From: Phyllobates terribilis
Taxonomy: Eukaryota
Direction of reading: 5' to 3'
DNA length: 64,000 nucleotides
NCBI RefSeq assembly: GCF_046119375.1
Contig: NW_027362772.1
Location: forward strand, 254,200,001 to 254,264,000
In this document: piece by piece, positions 34,520 through 46,592 of the stretch
How positions within the stretch are numbered: the first letter of the stretch is position 1
Layout: the number at the start of each line of letters is the position of its first letter
Translations under genes and position numbers: made by a program
The notes under the pieces: model-generated
Database searches by the model: none
What the model was told of the DNA's origin: nothing
What the model saw: the letters and a program-made list of their open reading frames with translations, nothing else

Positions 34520-37175
34520 AACATTTCCTGCGCTGGGGGTTAATAAATTCTGGTAAACGCCCTCATCGCCCTACGTTTCTGTGACCAGAGCAGAAGTTTA
34601 TAGAGGAGGCATAAGTAAGCTATAGGGAATAGAAAGATCTGGGCAGTCCCGGGATTTCTGTGTCTGTTCACATAAAACCTACAGCACATGCCCTGCTCGC
34701 TTAAGTGTCTGCAGAGATGGATCTGGTGATTTACATTCAGGGCAGAGTCGTCTTTATACCAAGCACTGAACTGCAATAGTAAAAAAAAAAATGCAGCATC
34801 AGCCACAAAGTTTCCCATGCAATAGATTTAGTAATCAAAGTTGCCATTTCCATAAAAATAAATGGGATTTACAGAAAAAGCAAAACTCTGCTGCTATCGT
34901 CTCCATCTCCAGTGGTCGGTGCCTGGACGGAGTTATTCCCATAAAAGTATCATGCGCACAAGTGATGGAAAGAAAGGTGCGGTGTTTCTTTACTGTTCAC
35001 TTTTTAATAAAAGTTAATATTTTGTTATGGTGAAAGTAAATGCAGCTTATTAAAATAACAATCTTAAAGGGGCTGTCAACTATTACTCTTTTTAAATGCT
35101 GTAAGCCCCCTTGTAAAATAAGAAAAAAAAAAACACATACTAGCACTTGTGCCGGGTCTCCAATGTCTGGCTGCAGGGCTCGTGTCACATAATTATGGGC
35201 TGTTATTGGGCTACTGTCCTCGTGGAAGATGTGAGAGCGCGGCATACTATTAGTGGCCTCTGTTATGCCACGTGAGCTCTGGGCGAACCACGTCGACTGG
35301 GCTAGAATGGTGCAAAAGAGAAGAAAACAAGAGCTGCAGAAACCGACCTCCTCTTCTAACCCAAAAATAAAGCCCAATATGCAATAGTTCAGAATAGTTA
35401 GATCCTGGCTACATTCTGGTGGTGCCCATTAATTTTAGTTATTTGCACTGAGTGTTTTTGGATTGCCTAGTGCAATCTTTTTTCTTATGTGGAGGCAAGC
35501 CTCATCTTTTGAATGACTTATAATGTGACAGCTCGCTGTCCAGACTGTAAGCCTCCGTTCACACCCAGCATATGTGTTGTAGAATTCGACATGATTTTTG
35601 CACAGCGTTGATGTCCTTGATCCGCTGCAGTGGATGCTCGTTTCTGGCGTGGGTCTCTGCTTTACACCTGCAGAAGATTGTGACTCGCTGCACGAACCTG
35701 AGGCCCGTCACGATGGAACAAGACTATAAATACTCTGCAATGTACGAGAGCCTGCACCAGAATGACTCACAGGAAACTTCACTTTTTCTGCAATTGCAGC
35801 AGATCAGGAGGTGTGAAGATGTAATATATAATTGTGGATCAAAAGGGGTCATGGGGTATTGCAGAAAAACCACAGGAGCTTGTGTGCACCCAGTGCAGAA
35901 AATAATGGCTGGATAAGCCAAGCTTTAATCTTCTAACCCAAGATGAAAACTCTGAAACTAATTCTTGCTGAAGACAACACCTTATACCTAATAACAGCAG
36001 GAGGTATTATCCACAACCATCAATTTCCAGTTTTTGGACATTTGTATGTCAATAAGGTGGTTTCCCCTTTGTGTGAAGTGCTGAAACGACAGGGAGTATA
36101 TTTTAACTTTTACTTTATTTCTTAAGATATATTGCCACCTTTGGGCATCTTGGATAAACCTCACCTACGTATATATACTATATGTGCACTGTACCATTGA
36201 GTATAAACACGTCCGGCGTCCATCCTCCTTGGCAGCCAGTCTTCACTCCTGCTTCATTCCAATATCCTCGTCACCTCTGGTGCTTACTAGACCCCCATGA
36301 CGTTAAAGGACGTCTTAAGTCTCGGAGGCACCGAGCAGGATAGGCGCAGAAGTGAAGACCTACTGCCGGAGAGGACCCAACTGGATGCCGGACCAGGGGA
36401 CAACAATTCAAATTGCTCTTTTAATGGTCAGCTACACAGGGACCTCAAAACACTGGCAACACGGTGATGTCAATGAAGTATGGCACAACCATAGCAATCA
36501 CGTTCTGGCCACTGGTAAAGAAAAGGTAAGAACTTTAATTATTTGAAAAAAAAAAAAGCATACCTCTTGTTATTCTACTGCGTTGCCGTTTAAAAGGATT
36601 ATTTCCCATCTTCAGGTTAGGAGACAATTTGATAATTACTGAAACCCCCCAGTGATCATGAGGGAGGCTCTGCAGCCTTGTCCTGAATGGAGCGGAGGTG
36701 CACATGCTTGGCCTCCCCTCTATTCATTGTCAGTGGAAATACTTGAGAAAACCGAGCCCTGTACTTGGCTTTCTCCAATAGTCCCATTATCAGTAAACAG
36801 AGCGGAGACCAAACTTTGCACCTCTGCTCCATCAACGACGGCTGCAGATCCCGATTTCTCTGGATCAAGAGAAGTCCCAGTAATTGGCTAACTATCTCCT
36901 AACCAGAGCATAGGATAGCGATCAGTGAGGTAGCCCTGATTTTATGGGGTGAGGGGGGAAATAATTCTTAACTTCTGGACATGTGAAAAGAGAATTAATT
37001 TCTGGTTCCAATCCAAGAGCCATGCATTTGAATAGGATGGAAATTACATAAAATGTTCCTCGTTTTTTTTCTAACCGGAACAAGGAAAAAAAAAAATTCT
37101 TTGCTATCCGTTCTTTGAAAAAAACAACAAAAAACATTCACTTTCAAGATTGAAGTTTATGGAAATAGATTCTAT

Positions 37176-37460
37176 TAGTGATGAGCGAGCATGCTCGGGT
37201 GGTTTCCAAGTATCTTCGGGGTGCTCGAATGTCATGTTTTAGTCACTCCGTGTGCATGATTTGCGACTGTTTGACAACTTTAATACAGGTGAGGAATGCC
37301 TGTTTCTTAGGCATTCCTCACATGTATTAAAGCTGTCAAACAGTCGTAAATCATGCACACGGAGTGACTAAAACATAACACCCGAGCATGCTGAAGATAC
37401 TCGGCGAGCACCTGAGTATGCTGGCCGAAAGGGTTAACAGAACACGCTCGCTCATCACTA
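37176..37460. mobile_element. hAT-like MITE (TAGTGATGAGCGAG family)
   Basis: TIR TAGTGATGAGCGAGC / GCTCGCTCATCACTA; 8-bp near-TSD GATTCTAT / GATTCTAA. Confidence 0.8.
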
Positions 37461-38454
37461 GATTCTAACACTTGGTCATCCATTGATGTTGCCCTTTCAT
37501 AGTAGAGGTTTACAGATGCAAAGTGGAAAACAAAGTGTTTTTAAATGGATCTGCTTTGGTTATTTTTTTTATAAATGTTTCCATGTTGCATCCGTTTTAA
37601 CAATCACTTTTTTTGTTTTTGGATGCTTAATCCATTACAAACAAAACAATTGTACATGTGAACAGAGCTTAGTACATTTCCATCAAGTGGTAACAATGGG
37701 TGTTTTCATGAGAAGTGGTGGGTTTATTGTTCTGCACAATCATCATCTGTAAAGTGATAGAAATAACATGTAGATGTTGAATAAAAAAATATATACTTTT
37801 ATTAACAACTGGACACTTTACACAATAGAAAAGCAATATTTTTTTCACTAAAGTGAGACATGGTCCCTTTCCTTAGTGACTATAGCAGACAGTTGGTAAA
37901 ATCTAGATCTATGTATATACGATCAGTGTCAGACAGAAGAACATTGGGCCCACCAGAGGACTTGATTCTGGGGGCCCATCTTTCATCTATACAGAACCAA
38001 TGCATTATCATTAAAGGTTTTTTTTTTTTTTTTGGATATGGGCTAATTTTTCATCAGGTAAGTAATATAACTGTAACATACACAATGTTAGGATTCAGCT
38101 CTGAGTCAATCGGTTATCATGTGATTGCTCAGATACTGTTGAAATCCAGACGGTAGTGCCAAGTTCTCCCTCACTTGAGCCCTATAGCATCTGCAAGGTC
38201 TGCACTATAGACTTCCTGATGGCGATGCTAGGGCCCACCAGAGGATTCTCCGGTTCTCCAGTGGACCAGTCCAACCCTGTATACAATCCATGTGAGGATA
38301 TTCCAAAAAAAACTTGGCAGTTAGTCATTAAATGGAGCCTACAGCAAGTTCAGAACAGAACCAGTAAAGAAGTATTGGGGCTGTAGACGGATGAATGCGA
38401 TCTACAATGTGATGGCTTGTGTCACTATAAGGAATGAAGTCGCTCCTGCTTGGA

Positions 38455-39507
38455 TTATAGGACGGACCACTCAACCTTAGCCCCCAGTATAGTGACAGGT
38501 TCCAGTTTTCTTGGCAAGGGAGGGGGAGGTGGTGAAGTGATTGGCTTAGGGGCTTCGTCAGAAGGTTTTTTATTCTGAAAGTGGTACGTCTGCTTCGCAC
38601 AGGGGGCGCAGAGCCTGCGACTTAGATATGGGATAAAGATTAGAATGGGGTTCAGGCAGCTGTTGAGACTTACTAAGGCCAGAGTGATGCGGCGCAGCTT
38701 GTAGATGTATATGGCACACGCACAGTCCTGGATCAGGTCCAATTTCATCATAAAGTACAGCAAGTGTGAGACATTGTAGGGCAAAAAGCAAACCAACGAC
38801 ACCACCAGAATGAAGATGATGATCCTCAGGGCTACCTTCCGATGGATGCTGGATTTTATCCTACAGATCCTTCGCGCAAATAACGGCATTATCACCACTG
38901 TGATGGCGAATGGGAGAAGAAAACCGAAGATTAAGGCACAGGTGTTATAAGGAGCCAGCCGATCCTGCCATGCAGACGTGGAGAAGCCATCGAAGCAAGT
39001 AGTCTTGGTGCCATTCCCACTGCCCAGTGGTCCTCCAAGGATCAAAGGTAATATAATGGCCCCGCAAAGAATCCAGATGACAATGGTCAGTATCAACGAG
39101 AAGCGAGTGCACTTGATCTTCACGTACATCAGCGGGTGGACCACGGCGAGGTATCTGTCCAAACTGATACATGTAAAGAAGCCGATGCTGAGGTAGATGT
39201 TGGCGTATAAAAGGCCACCGGTGATGCGACAAGCCATATCTCCAAAGATCCAGTTATTTTCGGCATTATGATAATAAATGCGAATAGGCAAGAGGCAGAT
39301 GAAAATTAAATCCACCGTAGACAGGTTCACAAAGTAGATATTGGCATTGCGGGAGCGCTGCCTGCTTTGGCACAGGTAGTACAGGGCCAAGATGTTGCCA
39401 GGTAAGCCAAGTGTGAACACCAGGCTGTATGTGACTGTGAAGAATCCATATTGGAAGTCGCCCTGTAGGCTGCAGTTTCCTCCTGGGACATTCAAGAAGA
39501 TCTCCAT
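38455..39507 (-). CDS. Single-coding-exon class A GPCR of the P2Y/LPAR6/CysLT-like group, 350 aa
   Basis: Seven hydrophobic segments; N-terminal NCS sequon, TM1 GLPGN, TM2 NLSTVD, MACRI Cys with ECL2 TTCF, SLDRYLAVVHP, TM5 FLLP, TM6 CFLPYN, TM7 NSCLNP. Open frame. Exact orthologue cannot be assigned by eye. Confidence 0.9.
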   Translation of the reverse strand: MEIFLNVPGGNCSLQGDFQYGFFTVTYSLVFTLGLPGNILALYYLCQSRQRSRNANIYFVNLSTVDLIFICLLPIRIYYHNAENNWIFGDMACRITGGLLYANIYLSIGFFTCISLDRYLAVVHPLMYVKIKCTRFSLILTIVIWILCGAIILPLILGGPLGSGNGTKTTCFDGFSTSAWQDRLAPYNTCALIFGFLLPFAITVVIMPLFARRICRIKSSIHRKVALRIIIFILVVSLVCFLPYNVSHLLYFMMKLDLIQDCACAIYIYKLRRITLALVSLNSCLNPILIFIPYLSRRLCAPCAKQTYHFQNKKPSDEAPKPITSPPPPPLPRKLEPVTILGAKVEWSVL

Positions 39508-40309
39508 GTGAGTGATCAGCCTGGGAATGTGCAGGGAGGGCTTACAGCACCGTACGCCTCTGCCAGGAGGACCAGCCGCTCATCACAGCTCCGGCACAAT
39601 GACTAAGGATGCAAGTAGCTAAACTTCCCTTCACGCGTGCACTGACTACAACCACAGGAAATGACCTGCGCCCACACAGCATATAGTGCAAGAAAAAAAA
39701 GTTTTGACTATTTCTACTTTTGCTATAGAATTGCATGCACTTAATGGTGCTAGAAACCTGCCATATAGTGATCCGTGAGGGTCCAACCTCTCCCACCAAT
39801 CCAGAGAATCTGGGGGCCCAATCTCACTGCTTACAACGGTGCATACGCAATGAAGAGGTCTGTGCATGACTCCATTAAAGACAAGGCCCGCCCACTTGAC
39901 TCTTTAAAGGCAGCATGCACTACTTTTAGAACTTTCCTTTAAAGAAATTATATCACCAGCAGATCACAGTAAATCTGGGCATCTTCAAGATGAGTCTGCT
40001 TATTTTCCAGCTCCATATTCTTTCCTCTCCATTTGTCTATCCGTTGCATTTTGAGTATCTGTTTCAGTTATGAACTTTTATCATCTTCACTTATTTTGCA
40101 TAGCCATTGCCTGGAAAATAACAAATCTACTTTACAAACTACTGGAGTGCCTAGTTCTCTTGTCTAAGTAATCTATGATGGAGGCGCTAATGCAGATGTG
40201 AACAAAGCCTAACAACACTTGCTCCGATCTACAGTTATATGTATTTTTATAGAGAATTATGCCAGTGGTAAACTCATGCACTTACCTTGTTCTTTTAGAA
40301 TCTGTATGA

Positions 40310-41880
40310 GGCCTCCTTCACACGTCCAGATCTTCGGTACATGTGGTGACAGTTTCCACACGTACTGTAGACACACACGTAGATCCATTCAAATGAATGG
40401 GTCTGTGCACATGTCAGTGTGTTTCCATGGGCAAAACACATCCGTGTGTCATCATTGTGACACGTACCAGCGCCTGGGACACAGTTCACACTGTTCCCAG
40501 GTGCTGAAGGCAGCTCACACCATTGTCGCCTGCTCTCCCTGCAATCAGTGAGAGCAGGCGACAATGATGACAGTTGTATCCAGCACACACTGTGTACATT
40601 GGGTGTAAAATAAATAATTAAATAAAAAAAACTGCATGGGCTCTTGCCTATTTTTCAGAACCAGCATGGGGAAAGCCGGTCACTGGGATATGACTGGCCA
40701 GGAAAGGGGCCATTATCCATAAATGTTCACAGGCTATTAATATCAGCCCATAGCTGTTTGCTTAGTGTTTACTGATTAGTTTACAGGGGGACCCCAGAAA
40801 AAAATTTACGTAGAGTCCCCTAATATAAATTCTAACCCACAAAGGCTAAACAGACAGCTATGTGGTTGATATTAATAGCCAGGGAAGGGGATATGGATAT
40901 TGGTCCCCTCCGAGGCTAATATCAGCCTCAGCGGCCACAGAAATCGCGCATTAATAAGATGCATTCTGGTGCTTAGCCTCGCTCTTCTCACTTGCCCTGG
41001 TGGTGTGGCAAGTGGGGAAATAGGGTTGGAGTTGATGTCCGCTTTGTATTGGCAGCTGAAATCAAGCCCAGGGGTTAATAATGGAGAGTCGTCTATACTC
41101 ATTTATTGAAATAGACGCCTCTCCATTATTAACTCCTGGGCTTGATGTAAGCTGCCAATACAAAGCTGACATCAACCCTAACCTTGTTATCCCACTTGCC
41201 ACTGCACCAGGGCAAGTGGGAAGAGTGGAGTCTTAGCGCCAGAATTGGTGCATTTTATTAATGCGCAATTTCTGGGGCCGCTGAGGCTGATGTTATTAGC
41301 CTGGGAGGGGGGCCAATATCAATGGCCCCTTCCCTGGCTATTAATATCAGCCCACAGCTGTCTGTTTAGCCTTTGCTGGTTAGAATTTATAGGGGGATCC
41401 AACGTCAATTTTTTTTCTGGGGTCCGTCTGTAAACTAACCAGTAAATGCTAAAAAAACAGCTGTGACCTGATATTAATAGATGGGAATATTTAGGGATAA
41501 CGGCCCCTTTCCCTGGCTAGTAATATCAGCCCCCAGCGGGAAGCTTTTGCTCTCCTGGTTATGAAAAATTGTCTGGAGCCCAAGCAGTTTTTTTTTAATT
41601 TAATTCTTTATTTTATACGCAAAGTACACGGCGAGCGCTGAATACAACTCCCATCATTGTCGCTTGGTCATGCTGATCTCAGGGAGACCAGGCGACAATG
41701 ATGTGAGCTGCCTTCAGTACCTGGCACCTGGGAACAGTGCGAATGGTGCTGGCTTTTCTCAGGCGCCGGTACGTGTCATACTGATGCGGCACACTGTTGC
41801 CACACATATGAAACACATGGACACTGATATCTCTGGAACTGTGTTTTCCAGTACCCGAAATATCAGGACGTGATGGAGCC
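40310..41880. mobile_element. Large palindromic non-autonomous DNA transposon (Harbinger-like ends)
   Basis: Ends GGCCTCCTTCACACGTCC / GGACGTGATGGAGCC; long imperfect arms (~40835-41095 vs ~41110-41390) around GGAGAGTCGTCTAT..ATAGACGCCTCTCC; no coding capacity. Confidence 0.6.
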
Positions 41881-42509
41881 TTGATACAAATGCTCACTGT
41901 ACATTAATGCTTCATCAAAGATTTATTAAGAAAGAGGTGCAACAGGGATTTTCCAGTGTAGTAGTACCTTACGACATCCACAAGGGGGTGCAAAAGCTCT
42001 GTCAAAACAACAGAGTACAGCGCACTGACTACAACCAGTATCCTCAACATCATAAACTGGGAAACTAGCACAAAAAGAGGCAGGTGAACTGGAATACACA
42101 AAATACAAAGTGTCCAGAAAGTAAGATGATAACAGCAAATATTAATTGCAAGTGGCCAATGACAAAAATAACAATTAGCCACCAAATCAGAAGCAACAAG
42201 TAGGACTTTAGAAATGTAACCATAAGATAATGAATTAAAAAAAACTGCAATAGGTCTGACTGTAAGGGCAAGTTCACGTATGACCAAAAAAACACACTAA
42301 TACAAGGTTTTACCATTGATTTACAGGAAAATAGCAGTTTTTAGTTACAAAAAATTGCACATTTGTGGCAAACCTTCACAGTGGAGCAGTGGTCAGCTAG
42401 GTGTGAACCTAACCACAATCACCTCTGGGAGCAAAAGAGTTAACGCTATGGCCTAGGAAACAAAGTGATGTTCTAAGGAATATTTTTTTTAATGCCTTAG
42501 ACTGCTTTA

Positions 42510-43111
42510 AAATGTAATGTATGTACACAGTGACTCCTCCAGCAGAATAGTGAGTGCAGCTCTGGAGTATAATACAGGATGTAACTCAGGATCAGTAATG
42601 TAATGTATGTACACAGTGACTCCTCCAGCAGAATAGTGAGTGCAGCTCTGGAGTATAATACAGGATGTAACTCCGGATCAGTGCAGGGTATGTAATGTAT
42701 GTACACAGTGACTGCACCAGCAGAATAGTGAGTGCAGCTCTAGAGTATAATACAGGATGTAACTCCTGATCAGTACAGGATCAGTAATGTAATGTATGTA
42801 CACAGTGACTGCACCAGCAGAATAGTGAGTGCAGCTCTGGAGTATAATACAGGATGTAACTCAGGATCAGTAAAGGGTATGTAATGTATGTACACAGTGA
42901 CTGCACCAGCAGAATAGTGAGTGCAGCTCTGGAGTATAATACAGGATGTAACTCAGGATCAGTAATGTAATGTATGTACACAGTGACTCCTCCAGCAGAA
43001 TAGTGAGTGCAGCTCTAGAGTATAATACAGGATGTAACTCCGGATCAGTGCAGGGTATGTAATGTATGTACACAGTGACTGCACCAGCAGAATAGTGAGT
43101 GCAGCTCTGGA
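42510..43111. repeat. 86-97-bp satellite array, left part (~6.5 units)
   Basis: Unit GTGACT(G/C)C(A/T)CCAGCAGAATAGTGAGTGCAGCTCTGGAGTATAATACAGGATGTAACTCAGGATCAGT..AATGTAATGTATGTACACA; starts at 42530, 42616, 42708, 42805, 42897, 42983, 43075. Confidence 0.95.
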
Positions 43112-43250
43112 TCAGCTGCTGCTCAGTGTGCTGATTACGGGTGTGGTGGCTGCAGATCCTGCTGTGAGCTCCTGATCTCTCTGAGAACCAACACCTCTCC
43201 ACCTGGTGACCTGCTCTCTCTCCTACCCAGGGAGGGAGCAGGTTTCTGGG

Positions 43251-46200
43251 ATGAGTGATGGAGCCAAGTCCCAGGCTTCAGCTTCCCCCGCCGGCCTGGT
43301 TCGGGGCAGGAGAAACCAGCAACCGGCCTGCACATCAGAGGACTCGGGGGAGAGACGCTCCACCAGGAGTCGCAGCAATGTGGCTCCTACTCCCCCCGGG
43401 ACTGTGGAGACTCCCAGAAGCCGCAAGGCTTCCAGCATGGAGGTAAAGCCTGACAGCGGCGTGCATGATGGCGCTCCTTCCGGAAAGCTGAGTGCTCACA
43501 GAGATGAGGCCGACCTCACTGACGGGGGTTGGGGGCTGCAGGGACCCCGGGAGTCTGTGTCCACCTATGCCTCCCGGGTCATGATCCACCTCCGTGAGTA
43601 TGAAGATGCAAGTAAACTCGTCAGGAGACTTCAGGAGGAGCTGCGCTGCACAAGTGCAAAAGCTGCGGGGGCCTCCAAACAGAGGAAGGCCAAGCTCCAA
43701 GCGGAGGTAAAAAGACTCACCAGTGAAATTCATCTGCTGGAACTAAGGAAAGCTGACATCAGGGAGCAGAGTGGTCCTTTCAAGGAAAAGCTCATAAATG
43801 AAGACCGCTTCAGAGAAATGGCTGATACCAGAGAGCAAAGGCAGATGGGGCTGCAGCCTGAGAGCCAGGTGGATGATGAGAGTGATGATGACCAGCAGGA
43901 AGCCCCACCTGGCAGCCTGCAAAGTCACCCGCAGGCCACGTGCAGCGAGCTCCCTGCTGGACAGGCGGCAATGGCATCCGGTCGCAGTTCTGCCGGCTCT
44001 GGGGAGAACAGTGACAGCAGCGGCCAGGGAGGGGCGCTAATGGCCGAGATAAAGCTCCTGGAGTCCCCAGTGTGCCTCCAAAACTTCCATCTTGGTGACG
44101 ATCTACCAGAAGAGGCACCCGAGGGCCACAAAAAGGCTAAGAAGACCAAGCCAAAGCTGCAGGAAGCGGTAAGCTATGTCTATGCCCCCCTCCCTGTACC
44201 CCCTGAGTCGGCGGCAGGCTCAGCTCGCTGTATAAGCCCTGTTGCCCAGCCCAGCCCGGGTTCTGCTGTGGATCCAGTGCAAAGGCGCGGAGAGATTGCA
44301 CAGCGCGGTAGTGAGGCGCAGAGCTCCGTCTCTGCTTGTAGTAGCGGGGACGCAGCAGGAGGTGCATCAGCCGAGAGGCTGGACAGTGAGGGCGGCCCGG
44401 CGGCGGGCGTTCTGTTAGGCCACGATGCTGTGGTGTGCTCCTCAGTGGGAGGGGGGAGCGGCCCGGTGTCGGGAGCAGCTCCGGTAGCCTCAGCGCCTCT
44501 GAATGCTGTTGCCGCTGATCACTTAGTTGAGAAGCGGCGGCAGTGTGAGGGGGCTGAGTGTTCCAGTCCTCCCATCAAAGTGCTATTCTGTGTTGGCGCT
44601 GTTGGTCAGGAAGATCCTGATGCTAAAGATCAGCGGCGCCTCACAACAGCTAAAGATTAGCAGCGCATCACTACAAATGCAAAACAGCGGAAATTACCGA
44701 CTGATGATGTGGAGGGCACACACAAGACCAGGGGTGAAGTCACCTCCAGTTCTATGGAGGTGACTGAGCCAAAGGTCAAAATGTCATCCACCATTGTCAC
44801 TGGTCCAGCAGGTATGAATGTGGTGGTGGGTGTGAATGAGGCCAATTCATTGTCTAGTGGTGTTGCTGGTTTGGTGGAGGGTGAGATGGAGGTGGGTAAT
44901 AGTGATGTTGTTGGGGCTGATGTAGTCACTGGTCACTGGTCCGGTTGCCCCCCCGGGGTGGCAACGCCTGTCCTGAGTTATGCTAGTGTCGCCTCCGGGG
45001 TAAATAGGGCATCCTCCTTGTCTCCGGGCTTTGGGGACGGCATGTTGCAACGGCGCCTTCTGGAGGCTCTAAAGAAGGAGAGATCACTAATGGTAGAGGG
45101 TCGAGAGGTTGATCTATCCTTCTGGATAGAGAGGCATGGCCTCGGGGCCTTCCGAGAGCAAAAAGGGGGGGATACAGTGTGGTCCCTCCCAACAGCCGGG
45201 CCAGGCAGTGTGCGTAGGAATGTGGTCCGTCTTCGGTGGAGGGGCAGTGATGCATGTCCTCCAAGGTCTAAAGTTGTGGAGCTCCTGCTGAGGATGGGCT
45301 TCAAGGCGATTGACATGTACGCCTTGATACATCCCTATTCCACGCCTGAGTTTGATGTCAGCTTTGTTCGGCCGGAGGGGCTTGAGCTCTTCTGGACGAA
45401 TTATGAGTTGGCAAAAAATGAGCCCGGCTGGCGAGACTTTGCCGTTCAGGCAGTGTCTCGCCAAAACCAGATCAAGAAAGTGACCGTGATGACTCGTAAC
45501 GAGTCGCTTTCTTATGACATCATGACGTGGCTTGGTCGATATGGAGAGGTGGTGGAGATGCCAAAGAAAAAACGCGACGAGTTTGGTATCTGGTCAGGGG
45601 CCTGGACGTTTATGGTAAAACTTAAGCGTTCAGGTGGTACGGTTGCCCACATTCCATCATCTGCCTTCCTGGGTAGGGATCGTATCCTGGTCTTCTACCA
45701 GGGGCAACCAAAGCTCTGTCACAGGTGCGGCGACCCCACACACTTCAGTGCAAACTGCACTGTGCAGAAATGTGCGTTGTGTGGGGGTGTCGGCCATCTT
45801 TCTGCCTCTTGTGTGGAGATTAGGTGCCACCTGTGTGGTGAGTTAGGTCACCCATCCAGCCGTTGTCCTTGCTCCTTCACTAATGCAGTCGAGACCCCGG
45901 TGGGAGAAAGCCGTGAGGCCGATTCTGCTGGGGAGGGGACTAGCAGGGGTGGGGGAGCTGAGGGGCCAGGGAAGAAAAGCAATAAAAAGACGCCTTCCCA
46001 GCTGAGGCGTCTAGACAAGGGCAGACAGGAGAGGGATTGGGGCGGCCCCTGTCCTGGATGCCAGTGTTGCTGCTGAGGCCCCGAGGGATGATGAGTTGGA
46101 TGAGGAGGTCAGGAGGATCCACAGGGAGGAAACTGCCTCTGCCTCAGAATCCTCCCATTATGAAAGTATGGATGAGGATAATAAGCGGTGGCTAGAGGAC

Positions 46201-46581
46201 AAGCGTAAGCTCGGCACCAAAAAGAAGAGAAAGAAGGGAGATAAAACATCTTCTCCCACTCTGACCAAGGTACCTAAGGAAGGTAAAACTGACTCCCCTC
46301 TGGTTGGTCTTTCTAACCGGTTCCAAGCCCTTGATAACCTCTCTTCCTCAGAAGAGGAGGCTGAGGGTGAGGTTCCGGCTTCGGCGGAGCTTACAGGGGG
46401 CGCCGAGTCTCCTTCTTCTGGGGATGCAAGGTCCTTGGGGGGAGGGACTGGCCCAGAGTCCGGAGACGAGGAAAAAAGAAGGAAAAATGTGGGAATGGAG
46501 ACCTTTGTGTCATTAAAGAGGGGGAAGGATTCCTCCTCTGAGGCACAGGATAAGGGGAGTGGGAAGAAGAAAGCCATCTAA
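43251..46581 (+). pseudogene. Tx1-like ORF1 (~1100 aa reconstructed): coiled coil, low-complexity linker, ZCCHC3-like domain with three zinc knuckles
   Basis: Track ORFs 43206-44660 and 44709-46076 are the same frame split by TAG 44658-60; 46096-46581 follows a frameshift. Knuckles CHRCGDPTHFSANC, CALCGGVGHLSASC, CHLCGELGHPSSRC at ~45717-45866. Confidence 0.85.
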
Positions 46582-46592
46582 CTCAATCACCA

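Noticed and set aside
43095-43125. Target-site duplication for the Tx1 element
   Set aside because: No direct repeat links the two junctions; six target bases are missing instead.
44657-44929. Ser/Thr-rich minus-strand ORF and other antisense ORFs over the LINE and DIRS
   Set aside because: Shadow frames of GC-rich or Val/Gly-rich retroelement coding sequence with no independent motifs.
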